Origin: Pseudomonadota bacterium
Lineage (GTDB): Bacteria; Myxococcota; JACRCW01; JAFGSX01
DNA length: 64,000 bases
Direction of reading: 5' to 3'
NCBI GenBank assembly: GCA_043821645.1
Contig: JBDRCO010000068.1
Location: 224,001 to 288,000, forward strand
The position numbers were made by a program, and so were the translations under genes. A model generated the notes under the pieces. It had not been told where the DNA came from. It did no database searches and saw only the letters and a program-made list of their open reading frames with translations. Of this stretch, positions 49,099 through 58,501 are shown one piece after another (within the stretch, counting starts at the first letter, position 1; each line of letters starts with the position of its first letter).

Positions 49099-50667
49099 TC
49101 ACACGAGCTTGTAGACTTCCGCCTCGATGAAGATGCGCAGCAGGTCGTGGTCAATGGCACCGTGCTTGGCCTCGTCGTGCAGGATGTCCAGGGCCTTGTC
49201 GCGCGGCACCGCGCGCTTGTAGGGACGATCACTGGCGGTGAGGGCGTCGTAGATGTCGGCGATGGTCATGATGCGCGCCTGCACCGGGATCTGGTCTGGC
49301 GGCAGGCTACGCGGGTAACCGCGACCGTTGAGCTTCTCGTGGTGCGCGTAGGCGATGTTGGGCACGTTCTTGAGATCGCGGGTCCACGGGATGCGGCTGA
49401 GGAAGCGGAAGGTGTAGGTGACGTGGCTCTCGATCTCGCGGCGCTCGTCGTCGTTGAGGCTGCCTCGAGGGATGGACAGGGTCATCACCTCCTCGGGACC
49501 GAGCAGGGGGCGCGAGGTGCCTTTGAAGTCTCGGAAGCTGTAGGCCGCCAGCTCCTGCAGACGCTCGAAGCTCCCCTCGGAGAGCACCGTGGGGCGATTG
49601 CTGGAGACCACAACATCAAAGAACTCGTCGATGCGCTTGAGAGCCAGCTCGCACTCGGCGTCGATCTGGAGCACGTCGTCTGCCACTGCGCTCAGTCCGT
49701 GCTCCTTGACCAGGTCGAACTTGCGCTGCAGGGCCTCGAGTTCGAGGGATCGACGCACGAAGTCGAAGCGCTGGCTGACGATGTCGAACTCGTGCGGGTA
49801 CAGCTTGTTGGCCTTGATCAGCACGTGCTCGCGCACCCCGACCTTGCCGAAGTCGTGCAGCAGCGCGGCATAACGCAGCTCGCGCAGGGCGTCCTCGCCG
49901 AACACGATGCCGACGTAGGGCCCGGTGCTCTCGCGCTCGACATTGCGGGCGATGCCCACGGTGAGACCCGCCACGCGTTCCGAGTGGCCACTGGTCGTCG
50001 GATCCCGCGCCTCGATGGCGTACACCGAGGCCTTGATGAAGCTCTCGAAGAGCTTCTCGATGTCCTGGTGCAGGATGGCGTTCTCGACGGAGACCGCGGC
50101 CTGCCCACCCAGGGCCAGCAGCAGCTCCTGGTCCTCGTCGCTGAAGTTTTGCTCGTCCTTCTTGTTGAGGACCTGGATGACTCCGGTGACGGCCCCCTCG
50201 TTGTCGAGCATGGGCACACACAGGATGTTGCGCGTGCGGTAGCCGGTCTGCTTGTCCACCTCGGGGTTGAAGCGGCTGTCCGCGTAGGCATCGGGAATGA
50301 CGACGGGGGCCCGGGTGCGCGCCACATGACCGGCGATGCCCTTGCCCACCGGCAAGCGGATCAGCTCGGCCTCGACGCCATGTGCCACCTTGGTCCACAG
50401 CTCGCCTGCTTCGCGATCGTGGATGAACAGCGAGCATCGCTCGGCCGAGGCCACGCGGCGCGAGGCATCGGCGATCATGTCGAGCAGCTCGTCGAGGCTG
50501 CGCGCCGAGCCCATGGCCTTGGCCACATCGAGGATGATGTTGACGCGGTTGGCACGGCCGACCAGGTCGATAACCTGGGACTGCGTCGAGGGAATGCTGA
50601 GCGAGGTCCGGGTCATCGGGATCTCCCCCGGTCGCGTGCCTCGAAAGACCTCCTGATCCTTGCTCAC
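49099..50667 (-). CDS. GAF - HD-GYP c-di-GMP phosphodiesterase
   Basis: GAF segment GIAG.VA...DAY.D.RFN.EVD..TGY.TR, plus HSERVA, LHDFGKVG, HHEKLNGRGYP, ADIYDALT and RPYK. Confidence 0.93.
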   Translation of the reverse strand: MSKDQEVFRGTRPGEIPMTRTSLSIPSTQSQVIDLVGRANRVNIILDVAKAMGSARSLDELLDMIADASRRVASAERCSLFIHDREAGELWTKVAHGVEAELIRLPVGKGIAGHVARTRAPVVIPDAYADSRFNPEVDKQTGYRTRNILCVPMLDNEGAVTGVIQVLNKKDEQNFSDEDQELLLALGGQAAVSVENAILHQDIEKLFESFIKASVYAIEARDPTTSGHSERVAGLTVGIARNVERESTGPYVGIVFGEDALRELRYAALLHDFGKVGVREHVLIKANKLYPHEFDIVSQRFDFVRRSLELEALQRKFDLVKEHGLSAVADDVLQIDAECELALKRIDEFFDVVVSSNRPTVLSEGSFERLQELAAYSFRDFKGTSRPLLGPEEVMTLSIPRGSLNDDERREIESHVTYTFRFLSRIPWTRDLKNVPNIAYAHHEKLNGRGYPRSLPPDQIPVQARIMTIADIYDALTASDRPYKRAVPRDKALDILHDEAKHGAIDHDLLRIFIEAEVYKLV

Positions 50668-50773
50668 GTGTCCCCTGCCCTCCTCACCGCGCTGGACGGA
50701 CTAACCTAGCAGACGGCTCGGATCCCGCAAAGGCGCGATCCGTGTGGGCTAGGTGAGGCTGGGGTGCCTAGCG

Positions 50774-51697
50774 TCAGGTGAAGACGGCGCTGGAGCCAAA
50801 GTCGATGTAGCGGTGCAGCTGGGCCAGGCTGGCCTCGATCTGCTCCGGTGTGACGGTGAGCAGGCACTCGAGCCCGAAACCCTGGCAGGCGAAGGCTCCC
50901 ATCACGGCTCCGACGGCAGCTGCGCGGTGCAGGGTCGCGCGATCGATCCTGCCCTGCCGGCTCAGATATCCCATGAAGCCCCCGGCGAAGCTGTCCCCGG
51001 CCCCCGTGGGATCCACCACCCGATCCAGGGGCAAGGCCGGCACAAAAAGCAGCTCGCCGTCTTTGAACACGATGGCGCCATAGGCCCCGAGCTTGAGCAC
51101 CACGATCTTCGGCCCCAGACGCGCCACGGCCTGGCCGGCACGGATCAGGTTGCTCTCCCCGCTGAGCTGCAGGGCCTCTCCCTCGTTGATGAACAGGGCA
51201 TGCACCCGCGCCAGGACCTTGCGCAGCGCCGGCAGGGTGGTGTCTATCCACAGATTCATGGTGTCCGCCGCGACGAAATCCGGCGTCTTGACCTGGTCCA
51301 GGACCGAGAGCTGTAGCTCGGGATGGATGTTGGCCAGAAACACATGACGCGTGTCTCGATAGGTCTCGTCGAGGGTGGGCTTGAACTCCGCAAAAACATT
51401 GAGCTCGGTGGCCAGGGTCTCACGCTCGTTGCAGTTCTCGCCATAGCGGCCAGCCCAGTGAAAGGTCTTGCCGCCGGGCACGCGCTCTATCCTGTTGGTG
51501 TCGATACCGCGCCGGGCCAGCTCGTCGAGGTGCTGCTGCGGAAAATCCTCCCCAACCACCGCCACCAATCGCACCGGGGCCAGGTGCGCCGCGGCCACGC
51601 TGAAGTAGTTCGCCGCTCCCCCCAGGATGCGCTCCCGCCTGTCCTCGGGGGTCTCGATGGTGTCAAAGGCCACGCTGCCGACGACGAGAAGGGTCAT
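50774..51697 (-). CDS. PfkB-family carbohydrate/nucleoside kinase
   Basis: GSVAFDTI, LGGAA.Y, NEGEA and DPTGAGDSFAGG. Confidence 0.92.
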   Translation of the reverse strand: MTLLVVGSVAFDTIETPEDRRERILGGAANYFSVAAAHLAPVRLVAVVGEDFPQQHLDELARRGIDTNRIERVPGGKTFHWAGRYGENCNERETLATELNVFAEFKPTLDETYRDTRHVFLANIHPELQLSVLDQVKTPDFVAADTMNLWIDTTLPALRKVLARVHALFINEGEALQLSGESNLIRAGQAVARLGPKIVVLKLGAYGAIVFKDGELLFVPALPLDRVVDPTGAGDSFAGGFMGYLSRQGRIDRATLHRAAAVGAVMGAFACQGFGLECLLTVTPEQIEASLAQLHRYIDFGSSAVFT

Positions 51698-51753
51698 CGT
51701 GGGGTCCCTTTCTGCAGCTCACCTCGCCCCTCGCGGTGCGCGGTGCTGGCGGT

Positions 51754-52620
51754 TCATCGGTCCAGGTACTTGCCGAACAGGGGTCGCAGTGCCTCCCGAC
51801 GTTCGGTCGGAATGCGATCCCGCGACGTCATGATGGCATGGCGCGCCGCGTCCGGACAGGCACAGCTCCGGCTCGCCGGAATCCGGGGTACGGCCTCGCG
51901 TACGATCTGCTGCGACATGGCGACGTTGCGGGCCAGGATCTCGACGATGGCCTCGACCGACACATCCTCCTCGCTCTCGTGCCAGCAGTCGTAGTCCGTT
52001 GCCAGGGCGATGGTGACGTAGCAGAGCTCTGCCTCGCGGGCGAGCTTGGCCTCGGTGAGGTTGGTCATGCCGATCACGTGGACGCCGAAGCTGCGGTACA
52101 TGCGGCTCTCGGCCCGGGTCGAGAAGGCGGGCCCCTCCATGCACACGTAGGTGCCCTCGCGGTGCACGGTGGCCCCGGCCTGCTGCGCGGCGTCGATGAC
52201 GACCTGGCGCAGCGAGGGACACACCGGATCCGCGAACTGCACATGGCCCACGATGCCGTCGCCAAAGAAGGTCGAGGGGCGGCCACGCGTGCGATCCAGG
52301 AACTGATCGATGACCACAATGTGGCCAGGCTCGATCTCCGCACGCATGGAGCCCACCGCGGACAGGCTGAGGATCTGCTGCACGCCGAGCTTCTTGAGCG
52401 CGAAGATGTTGGCGCGGTAGGGCACCTCGCTGGGAAGGTAGCGATGCCCGATGCCGTGCCGGGGCAAAAAGCAGACCGTGCGGTCACCCAGCGTCCCGCG
52501 AATGATCACGTCCGAGGGAGCACCGAAGGGCGTGGCCACCTCGAGGCGCTCCACGTCGAGCAGGTCGTCCATCTGGTACAGGCCCGTGCCTCCGATGACG
52601 CCGATCACGGGAGCAGTCAT
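51754..52620 (-). CDS. mtnP: S-methyl-5'-thioadenosine phosphorylase
   Basis: IGGTGLY, TPFG.PS, RHG.GH, AVGS, EGPAFSTRAES, IGMTN..EAKLAREAE and TDYDCW. Confidence 0.93.
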   Translation of the reverse strand: MTAPVIGVIGGTGLYQMDDLLDVERLEVATPFGAPSDVIIRGTLGDRTVCFLPRHGIGHRYLPSEVPYRANIFALKKLGVQQILSLSAVGSMRAEIEPGHIVVIDQFLDRTRGRPSTFFGDGIVGHVQFADPVCPSLRQVVIDAAQQAGATVHREGTYVCMEGPAFSTRAESRMYRSFGVHVIGMTNLTEAKLAREAELCYVTIALATDYDCWHESEEDVSVEAIVEILARNVAMSQQIVREAVPRIPASRSCACPDAARHAIMTSRDRIPTERREALRPLFGKYLDR

Positions 52621-52734
52621 TTCCGAATCTCCTTCTCGGCCCGCGCAGGAACACGGGGGCCCTGCTGCGGGATGCCGACCTCGCGCTTGGGTGGCTCCGG
52701 TCGAGGCGATGCAAGCACTGGCGAGTCCGGCTCC

Positions 52735-53343
52735 TCAGTAGTCAAAGGGAGCCACGCTGTCGTCACCGGGTGGTGGAGTGGTATCCGGCTGGTCTTCCGG
52801 CGTCACCGTGTTGCCGTCAGGCGTGGTGCCGACGTTGCCGGTCTTGCCTTCCGCCCCGGCCACCTTGACGGTCACCGTCGGCGTCGCCGTGACGGTCCGC
52901 TTCTCCAGGTCCACGAGCACGATGTCCGGCGCCTGGTTCATCCACATCAGCAGGGCGAGGAAGGGACCACCCATGACCGCGGCACAGCAGGGGACAGCCA
53001 GGAACACGACACCCCCAGTCCCGGAGGCGATGACGGCTCCGATGCCCGCGCCGATGCAACCACCGCCCAGGCAACCGCCGATGGCCCCACCGAGGGCACC
53101 CATGGAGGTCTCTTCCTTCGAGATCTCGGCTTCGAGGGGTTCGTAGCCTTCTTTCTCGGCACGCAGCTTGACGCTCCCGCCCATGCTATTGGGAACACTC
53201 GCGGCACCCTGGTTTGTCCCGATCTTCTGGTCGTCGACGAAGATCGTGGTGCCCGGCGGCTGGGCTGTGACGGTCATGGTGTGCGAGCACCCCAGGCTGG
53301 CGAGGACGAACAAGCCAAGAAGTCCTGCAAGCGGATGACGCAT
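52735..53343 (-). CDS. Lipoprotein with PEGA-like N-terminus and Gly/Cys-rich hydrophobic hairpin
   Basis: GGAG...AGGA upstream, lipobox SLGC, and PPGTTIFVDD..IG...KEGY. Ends PFDY. Confidence 0.75.
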   Translation of the reverse strand: MRHPLAGLLGLFVLASLGCSHTMTVTAQPPGTTIFVDDQKIGTNQGAASVPNSMGGSVKLRAEKEGYEPLEAEISKEETSMGALGGAIGGCLGGGCIGAGIGAVIASGTGGVVFLAVPCCAAVMGGPFLALLMWMNQAPDIVLVDLEKRTVTATPTVTVKVAGAEGKTGNVGTTPDGNTVTPEDQPDTTPPPGDDSVAPFDY

Positions 53344-53375
53344 GTCCTTGCTCCTCGAAGTCCGTGTGGCGACGG

Positions 53376-54185
53376 CTAGTAGGGAACCCATTCGCTGTCG
53401 TCACTGCTGCTGTTGTCAGCGGGTTTCTTGGGGTCAGGTTTCTTGGGCACAGCGGGTGCTGCGGGCTGCTCGGGAGCTTGCGGTGGCTCCGCCGGTCCCC
53501 ACTCCCCCGCCGGAGCTTGCGCGGGAGGCGCGGGTGTCGAGGGGGGCTCTGTCTCCGGAGTCCCGGGGGTCGTCGGGGCGGGCGGTGCTGGCTCTGGCAG
53601 GGCCTTGTCTCGCGAGGTGTAGGCCCGGCCCCAGGCGTTCACCGCGGCCGTGGGCGCGATCCAGAGTTGCAACGGCCAGCCCAGCAGGCTGATCAGACAA
53701 CCCGGGGTCATGAAGCAGGGCACGCAGAGGATTCCAGGACCCCCGCTCGCCGTGGCGACAATGGCGCCGACCACAAGGCCGACGCCAATGCCTGCAAAAC
53801 CACACACCTGGCAGGCCCCGCCGGTCAGCGTGGGCACCAACCAGGGAAGCACAACGTCGCCACCCACCTCGGGTCGCCCCTCCTTGTCGATGGCCACCAG
53901 GGGACCCCAGAGGCCGCCAAAGGGCAGCAGATTCAGCAGGTAGATCATCACCTTGGCGTCGGCGACGGGCTCGGGGAGATCACTCGCAGGGAAGAAGGGG
54001 AAGAAGGTTCCGAAGAAACCCGGGCTCTGGACCGTCTCCACGCCTTGCTCGAGGTCGGCATCAAAGGTGTCGTCCGCGGCCCGGCCTGGCACCGCGAGTG
54101 TGCTGACCGCCAGCACGAGCGCAGCTGCCGTGGTTCGCCAAGCCTGGCACTGCAGACCGGCTCGGTGGGTGGAGAGGCGAAGCAT
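53376..54185 (-). CDS. Exported membrane protein, paralog 3 of the tandem family
   Basis: Shares VM.Y.LN.LP.GGLWGPL and AP.A..NAW.RAY with the next two genes. Ends WVPY. Confidence 0.8.
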   Translation of the reverse strand: MLRLSTHRAGLQCQAWRTTAAALVLAVSTLAVPGRAADDTFDADLEQGVETVQSPGFFGTFFPFFPASDLPEPVADAKVMIYLLNLLPFGGLWGPLVAIDKEGRPEVGGDVVLPWLVPTLTGGACQVCGFAGIGVGLVVGAIVATASGGPGILCVPCFMTPGCLISLLGWPLQLWIAPTAAVNAWGRAYTSRDKALPEPAPPAPTTPGTPETEPPSTPAPPAQAPAGEWGPAEPPQAPEQPAAPAVPKKPDPKKPADNSSSDDSEWVPY

Positions 54186-54361
54186 GCGCGTCCTCGTCTG
54201 AGAAAGGTGCTGCCAGCAACACTCCAGCAGTCACGACGTCGGCGCGCTCAACTGGAGCACGCAACGATGCGAAGGGCAGTGTAGCCGCCATTGGCTGTCA
54301 CAGGCAACGAGCAGCTTGCGTTGATTTTGGTGTGACGCCGCTATGCGCAGGAAACAAGGGG

Positions 54362-54934
54362 CTAGTAGCCGTAAGCCTCGTCGCCACCGCCCTCGCTCTT
54401 CTGGGGCGGCGGGCTGGACTCGCTCTTCTTCTTGCTCTTGCTCTTGCTCTTGGGCCTAGCACCCTCGCTGGATTGGCCGCCGCACTTGTAGGCACGATCC
54501 CAGGCATTGAGGGCAGCCGTGGGAGCCGTGTAGCAGGCCACGAAGAAGCCAGGGATGAACCCGATGAGAGTCCATGACCCGATGAACACACTGATGCCCC
54601 AGCCCACCAGCGCCGGCACGAGGTAGGACACCAGCACGTCGCCGTCCTTCATGTCCGGCCTGTCCTTGGGGAGCAGCAGCAGGGGGCCCCACAATCCGCC
54701 GAGTGGCAGGATGTTGAGGACATAGGTCATGACCACGATGTCATCGACCTCGGCATGCAGATCGTCGTTGAGCACCCAGGGGAACATCTTCTCGAAGTTG
54801 CCGGGATCGCAAAAATCGTCCCCATCGTCCTCGACGAACTGGAAGCGTGGGTTCGCTGGTGCCCGGGTGGCCGCCGAGGCGGTTGTGGACAGCGCAAGCC
54901 CCAGCACCAGGACCATGGACACGGCACATCTCAT
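54362..54934 (-). CDS. Exported membrane protein, paralog 2 of the tandem family
   Basis: GGAGGA RBS, signal peptide, and FC.P....FP..LND.LH..V.DI.VMTYVLNILPLGGLWGPL...WDRAYKC. Ends AYGY. Confidence 0.82.
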   Translation of the reverse strand: MRCAVSMVLVLGLALSTTASAATRAPANPRFQFVEDDGDDFCDPGNFEKMFPWVLNDDLHAEVDDIVVMTYVLNILPLGGLWGPLLLLPKDRPDMKDGDVLVSYLVPALVGWGISVFIGSWTLIGFIPGFFVACYTAPTAALNAWDRAYKCGGQSSEGARPKSKSKSKKKSESSPPPQKSEGGGDEAYGY

Positions 54935-55074
54935 GACATCCTCCGAGCGATGCGTGAATTGCCGTCGTTATAGTGGAGGTCGGTGACCGGAGCAAGGGGG
55001 TGCTGTGTGCTGTTCCGCGAGCCGCCACACATCGTCCCCGGCCCCCATCCTGCCGCGGCACCATCGATGCAGGC

Positions 55075-55740
55075 TCAGTAAGCCGAGCCACTGTCTTCGT
55101 CGTCACTCGGCGGTGGGGCCTTCTTCTTGCCATCTGCTTTGTGCTTGCTCTTGGCTTTGGGAGTCTTCCCCTTCTTCGACTTCTTGGACTTGAGCTTGTC
55201 CAGCCCCGTGCTCACATCATCGCACTTGTAGGCGCGGTCCCAGGCGTGCAGCACGGCGATGGGCGCCATGTAGCAGGCGGGCAACAGACCCACCAGGCCC
55301 AGACAGCCCACGATGCCGCACAGACCACCGGTGGGGATGGCCAGCACCGTCCCCACCATGCTGAAGCCGACCGCGATGCCCCAGCCCGCGAACCAGGGGA
55401 TCAGCGCCGACAGCAGGATGTCGGAATTGATCTCGGGTTGGTCATCGGGGAGTGTGACCAGCGGGCCCCACAGACCGCCAAAGGGCAGGATGTTGAGCAC
55501 GAAGGTCATGACCTTGATGTCTTCGACCGCCTCGTGGAGCCCGTCGTTGAGGGAGAGTGGAAAATACTGTTCCATCACGTCGGGATGGCAGAAATCCGCC
55601 TCGCTGGTCTCCTCCTCGGCTTCTGCTTCTGGCTTGTCCGCAACCACCTGCCCACCCGTGCCTGGGTCGGCGGTGGCAGCGTGCGATGCCGTGCCCAGGA
55701 GCACACCGGTGACCAGAACGCTCAGCGCGACCGTCCTCAT
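55075..55740 (-). CDS. Exported membrane protein, paralog 1 of the tandem family
   Basis: GGAGG RBS before ATG 55740 and the same conserved core. Ends GSAY. Confidence 0.82.
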   Translation of the reverse strand: MRTVALSVLVTGVLLGTASHAATADPGTGGQVVADKPEAEAEEETSEADFCHPDVMEQYFPLSLNDGLHEAVEDIKVMTFVLNILPFGGLWGPLVTLPDDQPEINSDILLSALIPWFAGWGIAVGFSMVGTVLAIPTGGLCGIVGCLGLVGLLPACYMAPIAVLHAWDRAYKCDDVSTGLDKLKSKKSKKGKTPKAKSKHKADGKKKAPPPSDDEDSGSAY

Positions 55741-55836
55741 ATGTCCTCCAGGGAGTCTCATTCTCCAGGATGGAGTTCATCTAGCGCTGATGTGCACCGC
55801 GGCAACACTTCTCAACGCAGGTCTGTGAAGACGCGG

Positions 55837-56967
55837 TCAGTCCCGTCGCGCCACCAGCATGCCGCAGGCCGCGTCGATGTCCTGGCCGCGAGGCTGGCGC
55901 AGGTAGGCGCCCACACCCCGCTCCTTGAGGATCTGCTGAAACGCCAGCACCCGGGCATCCGAGGGGCGCGTGAAGGGCGCATGGGGATGAGGGTTGTAGG
56001 GGATGAGGTTGACCTTGCAGCGCAGCGGGGCCACGGCCCGGGCCAGGGCCAGGGCGTCCGCGTCGCTGTCATTGACGCCGGCCAGCAGCACCACCTCGAA
56101 GGTGATGCGGCGCCGGTTCTTGACCGGCAGGGCCGCACAGGCCTCGAGCAGGGCCTTCACATCATGCTTTCGATTCACGGGCATGATCTCGCTGCGCACG
56201 GCATCGCGCGCCGCCACCAGGCTGACCGCGATCTGCACATCGACGTCGCTGAGCAGGCGCTGAAGAGGCCTGACCAGGCCGACGGTGGACACCGTGACCC
56301 GCCGCGGCGAGTAACCGTGAGCATCCGGATCCGTGAGCAGGCGCAGAGCACGGATGGTGTTCTCGTAGTTGTGCAGGGGCTCACCCATGCCCATTAGCAC
56401 GATGGATCCAATCCGTGGCTTCTCCGGGGCAGCGTCGCCGGACCTCGGGTTAGCCGGATCCGCGTCCGGATCCGCCGCTTCTGCTCCCGGCTGCTCGGAC
56501 AGCCAGCGTCGGGCGCTCCGCACCTGCTCGACGATCTCGGCGGCGCTCAGCTGACGCTTCAGGCCGAGCGAGGCGGTGGCGCAGAAGGCGCAGCCCATGG
56601 CACAGCCAACCTGGGTGGAGATGCACAGGGCGTGGCGTCCCTCCTTGGCGGCATCCGGGATGAACACGCTTTCGATCTGCTCCCCGTCGTGCAACCGCCA
56701 GCGCAGCTTGGTGGTGCCATCCCGCGAGGCCTGCACCTCCTCCAGCACGAGGCTGCGCAAGCTCGTGCGTGTGGCCAGCCCCTGGCGCATGCTGGCGGGC
56801 AGGTTGGTCATCTGCGCCAGGCTGGCGATGTCCTGGCGGTGCAGCCAGCGCAGGACTTGCCCGACGCGGTAGGGTTGCTCGCCCAGCTCGCTGATCAGCG
56901 TGGTGAGCGCGGCTCTGTCCAAGCTGCGCAGATCCGGAAGTTCGGCTGCGGCGGCGTCATGACCCAT
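55837..56967 (-). CDS. rlmN: 23S rRNA/tRNA m2A methyltransferase RlmN (radical SAM)
   Basis: CISTQVGCAMGCAFCAT, MGMGEPL, VSTVG, VNLIPYN and RGQDIDAACG. Confidence 0.95.
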   Translation of the reverse strand: MGHDAAAAELPDLRSLDRAALTTLISELGEQPYRVGQVLRWLHRQDIASLAQMTNLPASMRQGLATRTSLRSLVLEEVQASRDGTTKLRWRLHDGEQIESVFIPDAAKEGRHALCISTQVGCAMGCAFCATASLGLKRQLSAAEIVEQVRSARRWLSEQPGAEAADPDADPANPRSGDAAPEKPRIGSIVLMGMGEPLHNYENTIRALRLLTDPDAHGYSPRRVTVSTVGLVRPLQRLLSDVDVQIAVSLVAARDAVRSEIMPVNRKHDVKALLEACAALPVKNRRRITFEVVLLAGVNDSDADALALARAVAPLRCKVNLIPYNPHPHAPFTRPSDARVLAFQQILKERGVGAYLRQPRGQDIDAACGMLVARRD

Positions 56968-56998
56968 CGCAGCAACATCGTCGTCGCAGCGCCAGGCG

Positions 56999-58462
56999 TC
57001 AAGGCTGGCACTGGACCCAGGCTTCTATCGCGGGCTGCGCCGAGCGCACCAGGAGCACGCCCTCGAATCCCGAGCCCAGGCTGTTCTGCTGTGCCAGGAA
57101 GCCGATGTGCTCCACGCTTCGGTCCCAGAACGGATACGCTCCGTACGCGCCTGCGCTGGATACACGGGAAGCGACCTCGCAGTTGTAGGTCGAACTCGCA
57201 CACTCGTGCCAGAGGCCGAAGCCATAGTGCCAGTCCTCGCCCAGGGCCCTGAAGGCGGGCGAAGATTCGATGACCGCCGCGGCGGTCTGATCCGCGAGCT
57301 GCTGGACCATCATGGGCTCACCGAGCAGTTCTCCAGCTCGAAGCGCGCGCAGAAAGGCCAGGTACTCCTCTCCTGTCCAGTGCATTCCCCCGGCCAGGCG
57401 CGGGTTGCTCGCCGACGGCAGGTCGTAGCTTCCGCTCGGGAACATCCCGGTCTCGTTCTGAAAGGCCGTGAAGATGTCCTGCCACGAGCTGACGTTCTTG
57501 GCCCGGATCGCCATCAGCCCTGCGACCTGCATGTGCGAGCCCGAATAGTGAAAGGCCTGGCCCGGAACACGACCGGTGCCGGCGTTGTTCTCGCCGACGC
57601 GACGCGCGCAATTCGCGAAGTCGGCGTTGGGCAGGTTGATGCACGCAGGCTCGTCGTACAGCCCCGAGGTGAAGCTCAGCAACTGTGCCAGGGTCACGTG
57701 AAACAGAGTATCCGTGGCTGCGATGGGCCACAGGGTAATGTGATCTTGAGGCCTGTCGGCCAGGCTCAGGGTGCCCTGCTCCACCAGACGCAGCAGGATG
57801 ACCGCGGTTACCATCTTGGAGGTCGAGGCCGACTCGTAGACGGTCTGTGGCGTCGAGGCCCCACGGTTGAAGGTGTAGCGCTGCCCGTCAGGACGCTCCA
57901 GCAGCAGTGAGAAATCCACGTCGTTGCTGGTCTGCTCGAGGTGTGCTGTCAGCGCCTGCTCGAGGGCGGTCAGCGAGCAGACCTGCGCCGCGTCCTCCAC
58001 CCCCGCATCGGCGACGCCGAGATCGCCCGGGTTCGAATCCCAGATCGCACCATCACCCGGGTTCGAATCACCCACCGAGCTATCCGCGACGCCGAGGTCT
58101 GCTGCCTGGGCGTCGACCACCATCGAGTCTGCCACCGCGGCATCCACGACAGACCGGTCCGCCAAAGACGCATCGAGCGCGAACCCATCTGGCGATTGCG
58201 CATCGCTGGCAATCAGGTCCAGCGATGCTCCATCCTGCGCTCCATGATCGGGGCTGACGATGTCGCCCGGAGTGGCGTCCACCGCGCCGCTGTCCCCAAG
58301 GTCTGCGTCCAGCTTGCCCGCGTCCGCCGTCGGCGTTGCGTCTAGCGAAGCCGCCGCGTCCGGTCCTCCGGATCCGCAATCGCAGGCGCCTGGCGCGCAG
58401 GTGAGCGCGAGCGCCACGGCACAGACTCGGATACATCCACGTGAAGAATCTGACCGCATCAT
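56999..58462 (-). CDS. Beta-lactamase-family serine hydrolase lipoprotein with Asp-rich stalk
   Basis: SxxK (STSK), LLSFTSGL, PG..FHYS and NPRLAGG, with a long D-x4 periodic linker. Confidence 0.85.
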   Translation of the reverse strand: MMRSDSSRGCIRVCAVALALTCAPGACDCGSGGPDAAASLDATPTADAGKLDADLGDSGAVDATPGDIVSPDHGAQDGASLDLIASDAQSPDGFALDASLADRSVVDAAVADSMVVDAQAADLGVADSSVGDSNPGDGAIWDSNPGDLGVADAGVEDAAQVCSLTALEQALTAHLEQTSNDVDFSLLLERPDGQRYTFNRGASTPQTVYESASTSKMVTAVILLRLVEQGTLSLADRPQDHITLWPIAATDTLFHVTLAQLLSFTSGLYDEPACINLPNADFANCARRVGENNAGTGRVPGQAFHYSGSHMQVAGLMAIRAKNVSSWQDIFTAFQNETGMFPSGSYDLPSASNPRLAGGMHWTGEEYLAFLRALRAGELLGEPMMVQQLADQTAAAVIESSPAFRALGEDWHYGFGLWHECASSTYNCEVASRVSSAGAYGAYPFWDRSVEHIGFLAQQNSLGSGFEGVLLVRSAQPAIEAWVQCQP

Positions 58463-58501
58463 GGGCCCTCTCGTCCTCGTGTCCCTGCGCTCAGGGAAAA
58501 C

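Noticed and set aside
54424-54452. (CTCTTG)n / (CTT)n simple repeat, considered as a phase-variation tract
   Set aside because: The unit lengths are multiples of three and encode the KSKSKSKKK tail, so slippage would not shift the frame.
58026-58070. Two GGTTCGAATC sequences resembling tRNA T-loops
   Set aside because: They are a 30-nt-period repeat encoding DSNPG on the minus strand of the hydrolase stalk. No acceptor, D or anticodon arms are present.
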